A stretch of DNA of 64,000 nt, from positions 15,548,795-15,612,794 of the forward strand of contig NC_092670.1 in NCBI RefSeq assembly GCF_964355755.1, read 5' to 3'. This DNA comes from Antedon mediterranea (taxonomy: Eukaryota; Animalia; Echinodermata). Of the stretch, positions 1-11,261 are shown piece by piece (the first letter of the stretch is position 1; each line of letters opens with the position of its first letter). The position numbers were made by a program, and so were the translations under genes. The notes below the pieces were generated by a model that was not told where the DNA came from, made no database searches, and saw nothing but the letters and a program-made list of their open reading frames with translations.

Positions 1-66
1 ATTAATATTTATTAGTTTTAATTGTTATTTTCAAAAATAAAAAATGTTATTTTTCTATGATTGTAG

Positions 67-3000
67 GTTAAAAAGCATTATAAAGAAACGGGTTGCCAGA
101 AAAGATTTGAAAAGTTGCTCTCAAATTTAAAGATCCCGCCTTCTGTTACTGTAGTTCGTGTAAATACCCTTAAGTACTCAATTGTAGAAGTTAAAGAATT
201 ATTACAAGATGTCTTGAAGAAGGTAAGTCTTTTATAAGATGCTTAGTCTATTATATAAATGAGATGCTTTTGTTCACTAAATTGATTTGCAACAAAACCT
301 CAAAACTGCCGCCTGAGAGATTTCTTAAAAGTTCAAATGGTTCCATTCAATTGAATTTTAATTTAGTTTCAACTTGGGGATTATGATTAATATTGTAGGA
401 CATTTTTGATTATTGTTGATTTTATTGTTTTTAGCAATATGAGCAAAAGAGCTACCCAGCACCTGACATCTTAGAACATCCTCTTATACCAGATGTTCTT
501 CTTATACCAAGTAGCTGTGGACTTACAGACTTGACACCAGCTAAGAAAGAAGTTGTTGTAGACTTGATATGTGCCACGGCCATTATGCGAGGAGCGGACA
601 TCTTTGCTGCTGGTGTCATGGGTGCTGATTCAAGTAAGGGGAAGCATCTTGTAAAAGGCAATGAAGTGTGTATGACACTAGGTTGTGTTTATACACAAGG
701 AAGAAGTGTGCACATGTGTTTAGGCTGGCACAGTAGGGAGTATGTAAGGACTCTTTTCAAAATTGTGTGCATATTCAGGGGTGCTGTAGGTGTGCTGTTT
801 GTATATTGGTGTCTAGAAATTTAAGTACTCTGTGTAAATGTCACCTTGAGTATGTGTTAGGTGAGTGATTGCACACCTCAAATGATATGGCCTGCTGTGC
901 TATTTCTGCCACTAGCATTGTGTATAAGAGCGGGTGCATTTCACATGGCCAAGGTTCACAGAATGTTTTGTGTAGATTGCATCTCCTCTAAACCACAGGA
1001 GCAATAATCACACTGTCAGTTTTCCATTCAGCTACATCAGGATAGCAAATTTTTTGGAACAATGTTTTATTTATTCAATTTCTTTTTTAATTCAATTCAC
1101 TAACTAGATGGTTCCCCATCCATTGGACAGGTGACCACTAACTAGTACTACTTTTTATATGTAGGCATCCAAAGAGGTGATTTAGTTTCAGTCCACGCAG
1201 ACCTGGATGACAAATGTCGACGTGGAGCAACAAAGCCATACCAAGGAGCAAAGGTTTTTATCGGTAACGGAATGGCAGTCATGAGTCGTGCTGACGTGTT
1301 TGTTGAGGCCAAAAGGTCTGTATGAGAGGAATGTGTTTACAATTGTTCACAAATTTTACTTATTGTTCAATCTTACAAATTTAAATCCCAGAACTAAAAA
1401 AAAATTTTTGCAATATTAACTAGTTTAGTTTTTAAACATTTAATTGAAAAATCTTATTTATAGTGGTGTTGCGGTGCAGATGTCAGAGGGTATTTATGAC
1501 TCACCTTCACTGAACAATGTTTTACCAAATCACATGTTTCTTCAAAACCTACCATCAGTAGTAGTAGGCCATGTTTTAAATCCTCAACCGGGGGACACAG
1601 TCCTTGACATGTGTGCAGCTCCAGGTGAGAGTGTATTTTTGATTATTTTGTTTTGATGGATAAAAGGAATATAAATTCATGCAGCTGCTACATATTTTTG
1701 GGACACCTAGCTTAGCTCACTTTAGAGGCTACCCTGAGAGTATATATAAGCTGTTTATTGGCTCCCTGGATGTTTTAAATAGAACACCAAAATTCATGCA
1801 GTCCATCAGCAGCTACATGCTTTTAAGACACCTAGCTAGCTTAGCTCCTTTTAGAAGCTACCCTGGGAGTATATACAAGCTGTTTATTGGCTCCTTGGAT
1901 GTTTAACAAAGAACACCAAAATTCTTGTAGTCCATCAGCAGCTCCATATTTTTAGGACACCTAGCTTTGCTCACTTTAGAGGCTACCCTGGGAGTATATA
2001 CAGTACAAGCTGGTTATTGGGTCCCTGGATGTTTTAAAAAGAACGCCAGGATTCATTGAAATCAAAGAAGACAAGATAAGATTTATAAAGTTTTAAATTT
2101 CTCAAAGCTTCAATAATTTCTTTTATTTTAGGTGGCAAGACTGTTCATATTGCTACCTTAATGAAAGATGAGGGGGAATTGTTCGCACTAGAGAAATCGT
2201 CACGTAAAATTAGCAAGATAACGAATAATGTAAACAGATTTGGCCTGAAATGTGTCAAGACATTTGCATTTGACAGCACAAAAGCCTGCAATGCAGAACC
2301 TGATGTGACTATTGGTCAGTAATGTTTGGTTCACACTAGAGACGCAACACAATGATGTAACGCAATGTAAGTGAGTTGACCAATCACAAGCGATGGATTA
2401 TACGAACTGTCGCTTGTCATTGGTCAACACGCTTGCATTGCGTTCTAGTGACAACCAAGCTTAAGCTTCTTTAAATATAGTACAGTCTAATTGAATAATT
2501 TATTTTCAAATTGTATAATACTAACTATCAATAGTAATCAATAATAACATTAATATTTTGTATATTATTAGCCTTTGATAAGCCTCCGTTTGCTGCGGCA
2601 TCGTTTGATCGCATTCTTCTAGACACCCCATGCAGTGCTTTGGGACAACGGCCAATTCTTCACAGCAAGTTCACACTTCCAGAGCTCAAATCTTATCCAT
2701 CGTATCAACGTAAACTTTTTACTGTGGTAAGTGATAAATTAGATAGTATATTTTTAGTCACGTGGACGCGACTCTATAGTTCACTATGTCGGTCTGTCTG
2801 TCTGTCGGTCCGGTATCACTATGCGTTTTAGCACGTGACTTATGGCTGTTGGCCTTGTTAGATAAAAATCCATTTAGTTTGATAGTGTAGACAGAGATTT
2901 ACATTGTTAGCGAAAACTCCCTAATAAGTTAATGTATTTACAGGCTGAGAAACTTTTAAAGAGCAACGGTGTATTAGTATATAGCACATGTACATTGACC

Positions 3001-3556
3001 CTTGCTGAAAACGAGGGCTTAGTTGAATGGGCTTTGAAGACCTTTTCTAACCTAACTTTGGAAAATCAGGTTAGTAATTATTGGTATTAAAATAATAGTA
3101 AGTGTGTAACTATATTTTTCAAATGTTAGGCTGATAATGTTTTTCTCACTGCTTGATGGATTCATATCAATTGTATTCATATCCATTCGTTCATACCATT
3201 ATAATGATAACGTTTGTATATTGCGATTCTAAGTTTATTGAAATTGTCTGTACTGTCTATATATGGCTTGTTGGTGTGAAATGTTTGACCAAAATCATTG
3301 TATACAATAACTATTTCTATTGTAACAACCCACTTATTGCTATTATTATAATAACTATACCACTGACATATTATTTTTATTTCCACTTTAGACACCATCA
3401 ATATTTGGCTCTGGAATGCGTGGAACTTCCTTGGATTACTTGCAACTTGAAAAGTTGCAACGTTGCAATCCAGCAGACATTCCAGAGGAATTTCAACACA
3501 GGAATTCGGACAATGATACAATAGGATTTTTCATTGCCAAGTTTATTAAAAGGTGA
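67..3556 (+). CDS. NSUN6: tRNA (cytosine-C5)-methyltransferase NSUN6, 5'-truncated by the window edge. Exons 67-222, 435-633, 1165-1315, 1464-1624, 2132-2314, 2572-2726, 2944-3069, 3392-3556
   Basis: GT-AG exons join in frame. PUA-like segment AIMRGADIFAAGVMG; QNLPSVVVGHVLNPQPGDTVLDMCAAPGGKT (SAM motif I); FDRILLDTPCSALGQRP (motif IV Cys); LVYSTCT (motif VI Cys); C-terminus DTIGFFIAKFIKR*. Confidence 0.93.
1673..2050. repeat. Three diverged ~120-bp tandem copies in an NSUN6 intron
   Basis: GACACCTAGC...TTTAGA(G/A)GCTACCCTG(A/G)GAGTATA...TTATTGG(C/G)TCC recurs three times. Confidence 0.85.
2326..2462. mobile_element. Small palindromic MITE family with (AAGC)TTGGTTCCCACTA-like ends. Related copies at ~9340-9468 and ~57442-57576; partial at ~33320-33460
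   Basis: Internal inverted symmetry GACCAATCACAAG...CTTGTCATTGGTC and ACGCAACACAA shared among copies; terminal AACCAAGCTT. Confidence 0.7.
2751..2859 (+). mobile_element. Short Helentron-associated (HINE/DINE-like) element
   Basis: TTTTTAGTCACGTGGACGCGACT 5' hairpin, (GTCY)n microsatellite, sub-terminal inverted CACGTGACT and GGCCTTGTT end. This layout is typical of HINEs. Confidence 0.55.
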
Positions 3557-3922
3557 TGTTACTTCAATGCATTTAATAGTGTATTTACATTTTGTATGCA
3601 GTCACCAAAACAGTTACCATCTTCATTCGGTCTTTCTAAATAAAATAAAAAACTTTAGCATGTAAAATGTAAATAAATTAAATAATGTAATGAACAGAAA
3701 TTGTTTACGAAAAGCTAAACAGAAGATGAATATAACAATAAGTATTTTGAAAGAAAACGTTTTTATTTAATTTCTCTCAATTAGTGTTTTTGTTAAACTA
3801 TAAATTTTATATATTTATTTTGTGATAGATACAGATGTAAAATAAATTATTCAGAACAAATTTGATAATTTTAAAGATTTTAAGAAGTTGTCTGCTTTTG
3901 AGATGAGTTTATAGTATTTGCT

Positions 3923-6900
3923 TTATTCTTCATTGGCTCCTGAAATTAAATAAAATTACAGTATATTAGTATTAATAGAATGTAATTCTCCGGTTTCCTA
4001 CTTGCTTTCTATTGTTTAAGTATAAATAAAATAATGATATAAAATAAATATAAATAAAAAAAAATTGTAATTTATACCTTCTGGTTGCTCATTGAGAGCG
4101 TCCAACACTCGTTGCTTTACTGCAGGATTCTCGATGTTAGCTAACAGGTCAGAGTGATGTCGTAGGTGGCGTAAAAGTAAACCAAGGTCGTATGGATCGT
4201 TGATGTCAACCGGGAGGTCAATCTTGCTTGCTGAGAGTAATTGCTTCATCTCATCAAACACTATTTAAAAAATTAAATTTCGATTATGATTTGAAATACC
4301 TATCCTAAAAGTATGATTTACCATTTTTATACAGATAAAAATTAGATTAAAACCCAAAGAACCTTACTTTCTTTACTGATGATTACTTGCTCTTCTTCTG
4401 GTATGGTAGCCTCAATTTTATTTGCTGCAGTATCTTCAGTAATATCAAAAATCTGGTCCTTTTCTGAAATTTCTGCAGGGACCAGTGCTTCAGCTTCATT
4501 TCCTGATTCTGTCTCACCTATCTGATCAACATCTAAGTCAGTTGGTGATTCGATTACAGAAGGTTCTTTCACTTCAGGTATTACACTTTTGGTAATATCT
4601 GATTCAATAATTGAAGGAGTTTCTATTAGATCGTTTTCTTGTGGTAATTCCAAATCTACATTTTCTTGTTCATCTATTGCTGCGGTTTCCTCTGATGTCT
4701 TTGCATTTTCTGTTACAGCTGTTTTAATTTCATTGTTGTTTTCGGGTACTGACTCACTCTCGTCTATGTTCTTGGTTTTTTCTGTTACTATCTTTTTGGC
4801 TTTCTTTGATTTTTTACCTTTTCTATTCCTTTTCCTCTGCTTTCTATTCCTTTTCCTATTTTTGTTCTTCCGTCTATTTTTTTTCTTTCTCGATGGCTTT
4901 ACATTTTCTTCCACAACTTTTGTTTCTGTTTCTTCAACATTACTTGTCGTTTCTTCTGGTATTACCATTTCTGTCTGGCCACCATTTTCGGCTTCTTCTG
5001 TTACAGCTGTTTTAATTTCATTGTTGTTTTCGGGTACTGGCTCACTCTCGTCTATGTTCTTGGTTTTTTCTTTTACTATCTTTTTGGCTTTCTTAGATTT
5101 TTTACCTTTTCTATTCCTTTTCCTCTGCTTTCTATTCCTTTTCCTATTTTTGTTCTTCCGTCTATTTTTTTTCTTTCTCGATGGCTTTACATTTTCTTCC
5201 ACAACCTTTGTTTCTGTTTCTTCAACATTATTTGTCGTTTCTTCTGGTATTACCATTTCTGTCTGGCCACCATTTTCGGCTTCTTCTGTTACAGCTGTTT
5301 TAATTTCATTGTTGTTTTCGGGTACTGGCTCACTCTCGTCTATGTTCTCGGTTTTTTCTGTTACTATCTTTTTGGCTTTCTTTGATTTTTTACCTTTTTT
5401 ATTCCTTTTTCTCTGCTTTCTATTCCTTTTCCTATTTTTGTTCTTCCGTCTATTTTTTTTCTTTCTCGATGGCTTTACATTTTCTTCCACAACTTTTGTT
5501 TCTGTTTCTTCAACATTACTTGTCGTTTCTTCTGGTATTACCATTTCTGTCTGGCCACCATTTTCGGCTTCTTCTGTTACAGCTGTTTTAATTTCATTGT
5601 TGTTTTCGGGTACTGGCTCACTCTCGTCTATGTTCTTGGTTTTTTCTGTTACTATCTTTTTGGCCTTCTTAGATTTTTTACCTTTTCTATTTCTTTTCCT
5701 CTGCTTTTTATTCCTTTTTCTCTGCTTTTTATTCCTTTTTCTCTGCTTTTTATTCCTTTTTCTCTGCTTTCTATTCCTTTTCTTATTTCTGTTCTTCCGT
5801 CTATTTTTTTTCTTTCTTGATGGCTTTACATTTTCTTCCACAACTTTTGTTTCTGTTTCTTCAACATTACTTGTCGTTTCTTCTGGTAGTACCATTTCTG
5901 TCTGTCCAGCTGTTTTAATTTCGTTGTTCTCTTCCAGTAGTGGCTTTTGTTCGGTTACTATCCCCTTCTTTTCCTTTTTCCGTCTTCCTTGTCGTTTTCC
6001 TTTCTTATTTCGTTTTCCTTTCCTATTTCGTTTTCCATTCCTATTTCGTTTTCCTTTCCTTGCTTCTCTCTTCTGAATTGCTGATTTTAATTCATTATTT
6101 CGAATATCAAGCTCAGAATCTAAGTCATCTAAGGCAACATCTCGTTTTTGTCGACGATCTAAATTTGTAATTACGAGTTCAATAGTAGAAGTGTTGTCCT
6201 CTTTGTTGCTTTTGGATGTATCATCAGCTTCTGAGGCAGAGTATGACAGATTATTTTCATCAACATGTTGGTGTGATTCTATAAAAAAGAAGGTTAGTTT
6301 ATTTGAGATTAAACAGAATTTCACTGCCCCAGTCTCTATATTGTGTTTCTTTTATTGCTATTATTCCATTCGATTTTGTCTGTAAACTCTAATACCCTTT
6401 CATAGTGTGAAGACAATTTAAGAAAAAACACCGACGAGAGGCCTGTTTTTTCGTTCCGCGTGCGTCCGGGTATTTAACCAATCGTAGTACTAATCAAATA
6501 ACGCGCAAATGTTTTCTCCCGAAATTTCGTACGGTTCATGTATGTGTGTATGAAAACGTGTATTAAATCAGACGATCAAACCCAGTTACTTTATTTATTC
6601 AGATGCGAAAAAGGTATAAACTGTATTATTAGGATACATATAAAAAGCCAAGTTTAAGTCGAACCGCCGACTAGAACATAAACTAATTTTATAAGTTATT
6701 ACTACTTATCAATAATTACAGTATGTAAATGTTGCTATTTTGGTTTGTTAATGTTAGAAAACAGTACAGCAAGTATAATAAAAGTTATTGATAAATGATT
6801 ATAGTTGGGCATAATAATAATAATAATGAGAAGGAAAAGAAGAATTCCTTACCACATATTTGCTTAAGTTCTACGTAACTATGTCGAAGCAACTCATGAT

Positions 6901-9739
6901 GGTTGCTAGCACACTTCACAACTTGCATGACTTTGAATGGACTGCTGAAAACGTTTGTCAACTTCGAGAAAAATTCTAGAGAGGCACATGCACAGTACAT
7001 TGCTTCAGTATCGAGGTAGCTGAAAGAAAGATTGTAAATGTTAGTTTGGTGCTGATGCGTGCAACTTGGTATGTACACTTGCTCTTTTATTTTAACAAAT
7101 GATGTATGTTCTGATTTTCCAAAAGTTGTGTTTCTTTGAAACCAAGTATTACAAGATTGTTGTTTGACGCGATTCAACGTATTTGACTGGTCACGTCACT
7201 CGCAAACACATCTACAGCCTATTTTCCACTAGGCAAATTTGTTTTTATTTTTAGCTTATACGCATGCTTTACTGCTCACATCGAGAAGCTCAGTAGAACT
7301 TCTGAATATCTGCTAAAAACAGCCTAAAATCGGGATATGTTTCAACTTACACGTATTCAAGTTGTGGGTAAATTGTCAACAGTTTTTCAAGTGTATCATC
7401 CGTGTCATAGTTTGAATAATCGTCTTTTACTGTCCTGTTAAAAACAAAATTAAATGTTTACAATACTACATGAATTTAATATTGCCATGACCATCATTTT
7501 CATTGGCATTTGAATTAAAGATGTATTGTCCCTTGAAACACAAAAAATGAAAAAAAAATATTCTAAATTTAAATTGGCCATATCAAAGTAATATTAAAGT
7601 TATTCACTTTAAGTCGAAAATTCGAGCCAAAAACAACAGTTTACGTAATTAACAGGTAAATTAATTAGATTACATTTCGTCTGAGAAATCGTCGCAAGCG
7701 AAAGTAAACAAAGATTTCAAACCATGAGTATGCATTATGCATGATGCTAATTAGGATTGTTTACAACTCATCACGATTGGGAAGGTGTTTTCACACAGAT
7801 CGTGAGGAAGTTTATGATTATGCATACAGAGTAGCCAAACAAGAGCATTGCATTATGGGATATGTTTTGATTGAAAACTTTGACTGGAAGTCAAAGTTAT
7901 TCTTTGAACAAAAAAACATCTGTATTTCGGTTAAATTATTTTTTTTTTTACTAATTTTTGGTGAAAGTTAATAACTATTATGATACTTCAAAATGACCCA
8001 CTTTTTTTCGAAATAAAAAAAAAATTTTGGGGGGGAATTAGTCAAAGGGACAATACATCTTTAATTGAATCGTAATAAAGTAGGCCTACTCACATGGATC
8101 GAAGATTATCCAGGGACGTTAGAGACGTTGATTCGGGTAAGTTTGATTGGTTGGTTTTTTCAATTTGATTAATGCTGAAAGAAACAATATAAACGGTAGT
8201 GAAGTGACAACATTATCATAATGTTATAAGGTTAGCCTTAGTGCAATGTCTTAAATAAGAATAGTGTATTTAAGTCGTGGCGTAGTTTCGGTAATTTTCT
8301 TGATAAACTCCAGAATGCGGTTTTTTTTTGGCTCTAGCCCGTATTCTTAAACCATACTTTAGTTGTAGTTCGAAGTTCGACTTGAAAAAGTCATAGTTCG
8401 AGCTATTACTTCAAATTCAATTCATAAAAGAAGTAGTCGAAGTTTGCGTTAGTGATTAGGCGGGTGATGGGGATAGTTACTGCTAGTTGACTGTGTTGGT
8501 GACGTGAGGATGTTTCTCTATCTCTGCGACACAAATTAATACGACAATGATTCTAGCATTTTTAAATAGTTTATTTCTTACATAAGATGTTTAACGTGGT
8601 CAGCATTCTTTAAGTAAGCTCCTATCTGCACTATAGATAGACCGTCCAGTTCTCTGCAAAACAAACAAGTTTATGTTAATTATTCAATGATAATACAATA
8701 ACTGCTCAGTTCTTATTAAGAGCCGGTTTACCCAGTACACCATAAAGTAAGTCTATGATTTGAGCCTGTTTCCTATCATTGGACGAGATTTCCATAGGTC
8801 TGTTCATAGTGTACGATCGTTGCCTCCGAAATCACGACAGGTACAATGGTAACTCGTCGTAGTAGTCGTGTTACATAGAATGAACCTATTTTGCTTGATA
8901 TTTAAAAAAGAATCATTTGCTTTTCTGCATTCGTTATGCAGTAAGTTTGCAAAGTAATATAACGAAAGACCACAAATATTTAGTATACACCTGGTAAATT
9001 CGTGAGGAATCGGCCACGCGTGCCCGCTGAGGAAAATATCTATCGTGTTTAATATTTTTTGGCACGTGTGCCATTTTCCTCAAGTGTGCGCCGAACGTGA
9101 GCAGATAGCTTACTAAAAAATTCCACTGCGCATGACATGTTCTGATTTATTATAATATGTCAGCGCGTGCCGTATAGCGTATTAAGTAACTATCCAATCA
9201 GAAAATCGCGTACTGAAGGCGTTTAGTGTGCGTCCGATAGAACGCGATCACAATTAATTTGCGGCACATTTGTTAGTGAGCCAAGTGTTACTCGTGCCAG
9301 TTGGCTCAGCCGAAAGCTCTAGTGTGCGCCGGGCTTTAATGGTTCCCACTTCTTGGACGCAACACAAGAAAGATGTAAGCGCGCGCAACAAGTTGGCCAA
9401 TCACGACGTGTGACATCCAAACTCTGTTGTGTGTGATTGGTCGTTGCATCCAAGTGGGAATCAAGCTTAGTTCTGTATAATTTACTTCGTAATTAGGTAT
9501 TCCGTCGTGTACGATAAGTAAGTTTATACTTACAAAGTGTTTATTTGTTCAGAGATCGGCCTACCCTCCTTGTAGATACTTTTGCAAACTGCATGGTCTT
9601 CATTAAAACATATACAACTTTCCGGACAAACTCTGGTGGTGATGTTCTTGCCACCTTCATTGAAGGGTAGTGTGACATGACTTGTACAGAGTGCAACCAG
9701 GAGTAGCAAGAAAAGGGGTAGTATTCTGCTTTTGTACAT
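3923..9739 (-). CDS. bindin: Preprobindin (sperm acrosomal egg-binding protein), about 906 aa. Exons 9739-9534, 8653-8582, 8174-8094, 7434-7351, 7019-6853, 6278-4368, 4260-4078, 3939-3923
   Basis: All seven introns are GT-AG and the phases join to 2721 nt. Signal peptide MYKSRILPLFLLLLVALCTS; 8-Cys pro-region; furin site RRQKR (RQKR 6153-6142); bindin core KIDLPVDINDPYDLGLLLRHLRHHSDLLANI...PAVKQRVL. An intron lies immediately before the core, as in sea urchin bindins. Confidence 0.93.
4712..5930 (-). repeat. Coding tandem repeat with a 288-bp (96-aa) period, about 4 copies, plus nested 21-bp (KQRKRNK) repeats at ~5690-5790
   Basis: TTCGGGTACTG recurs at 4741, 5029, 5317 and 5605; units are near-identical. 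Confidence 0.97.
7519..8060. mobile_element. Non-autonomous Kolobok-like DNA transposon in a bindin intron
   Basis: Perfect 14-bp TIR AGATGTATTGTCCC / GGGACAATACATCT with TTAA on both flanks; RR termini. Confidence 0.8.
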
Positions 9740-10013
9740 CCAGTTATAAATAATTGCCTACAAGTACAATTAAAAAAATTTCGATTGAATAAAATATAAA
9801 AAAATAAAATGTAGGCATAGCCTACTATACCTAAGCCTTAGGCCTACCCTAGGCCTAGGCCTAGTGTTACTAAAAATTAATAAGAACAGGCCTAGACTAG
9901 GCCTAGGCCTAGGCCTAGGCCTAGTAGGCTTATATTTGATTGACGTAATATGCCACCTAGGCCTAGCCCTATTATTAGGCTTTTCGTAAAACTCTATGTA
10001 CCTAAAAACTTAC

Positions 10014-10330
10014 GCTTGTTATTTTCTTTTATTTGGGTTGCTTGATTCTAGCCTTCCTCTACTGTATAAAGTAAAAGCGCAAGTAGCATTATTTTTTCAA
10101 AATAATTTCGAAAAGAAGATTTTTACAACGCAAAAGCGCATTCTGTTCTGTGCGTTCAGGTTTCGCGCGCTTCGAAGAAAACTCCGATCATCCACCACAC
10201 TCAGGTTGACGACGCGCAGTTTATCCAAAGATTATGTAAGCGCCGCTCCTTTGTCACTCGGTACGACACGTGCCACACACTGGCTTTCCAACTACATATA
10301 TATCATGAGGAGAAAGCAACCTCCGTTTCT
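10014..10330 (-). promoter_or_regulatory. Probable bindin non-coding first exon and promoter region
   Basis: Minus-strand donor GC|GTAAGT at 10014/10013 and acceptor TGTAG| at 9757, 18 nt upstream of the ATG; CpG-rich segment beyond. The TSS itself cannot be determined. Confidence 0.5.
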
Positions 10331-11261
10331 TTATGAAATTGGACAGTGAAACTACAATAGTTATGTTTTCGCGCCGCGGCTCTAGCCAGCTATGTCCCAG
10401 GAGGACACATTCATTAATAAGCTGTTTCATAGCGGTAGCTTTAGTATCTAAGGCTGACAGTTTTGTGAATTTGGAAACTCGACTATAATTTATAGGTAGC
10501 TGCTGGACCCAAAAAACGTCTGGGAGAAGAGAGTCTATATGAAAGCCTTTGCTGATAATACAGTATTATTGAGATGTAGACGGAAATCTGTAAAATCTTG
10601 TTCAATAAATAATAACTTCGTTTTTGCTGTCAACCAGGCCGGTATTATAATAAGTCACTGTCAAATAATCATTCGATAATGGTCAAAACTTTATTTTGGC
10701 TCTGTCAACATGAGGGAGGTATTTACAATGACTTTCTTTTGACTGTCAATCTAGGCCAATGTTATAATAATACGCCGTCAGATATTAAATCATTGAAACA
10801 GTCCTGGTAAATTTTTTTTTGGTTATCAGATGCCGTGGGGGAGGGGGGGGGGTCCAATCAATTATCGTCAGAAGGTGAACAATCAGTCTAGGTAGCAGCA
10901 GCAGATTATTATTAACGCCTGCTCCATTAATTAATCCAGAAAAAGGTTTGTACATTATCTATTTGTTTATTAGCCTTCTCCTAACACAATTATATTTTCT
11001 TTAAAAAAAGGTTTTATAAGTGGTTTCAACATTTATGATAGTAATGTCACAGTTCTGTGTCTGGACGCAAGTTCATAGACCTGCTAGTTATATTATTCAT
11101 ATTAACTGATACTTACTCTTCATTTACCGTAAAGTTCAGTTTTAATGAAATATATAATATAAATTGGCTTCGTAACAATTAATTAGTGTTGAAAAGGTTA
11201 GTTTTTTGGTGATAGGTGAAAATGACATGTAACTTCGTAATCAATTTATTTTTTTTGTATA

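Noticed and set aside
3153-3524. 123-aa hydrophobic ORF
   Set aside because: It is mostly AT-rich NSUN6 intron plus an out-of-frame read of the last exon.
4589-6076. 495-aa + strand ORF rich in Phe/Leu/Ser
   Set aside because: It is the antisense shadow of the Lys/Arg/Glu-rich bindin repeat exon and has no independent gene signals.
8720-9338. GC/CpG-rich block in a bindin intron as a single TIR element
   Set aside because: One end looks Harbinger-like (GTGTGCGCCGGGCTTTAA), but no convincing matching TIR or TSD was found. Probably TE debris with unsupported boundaries.
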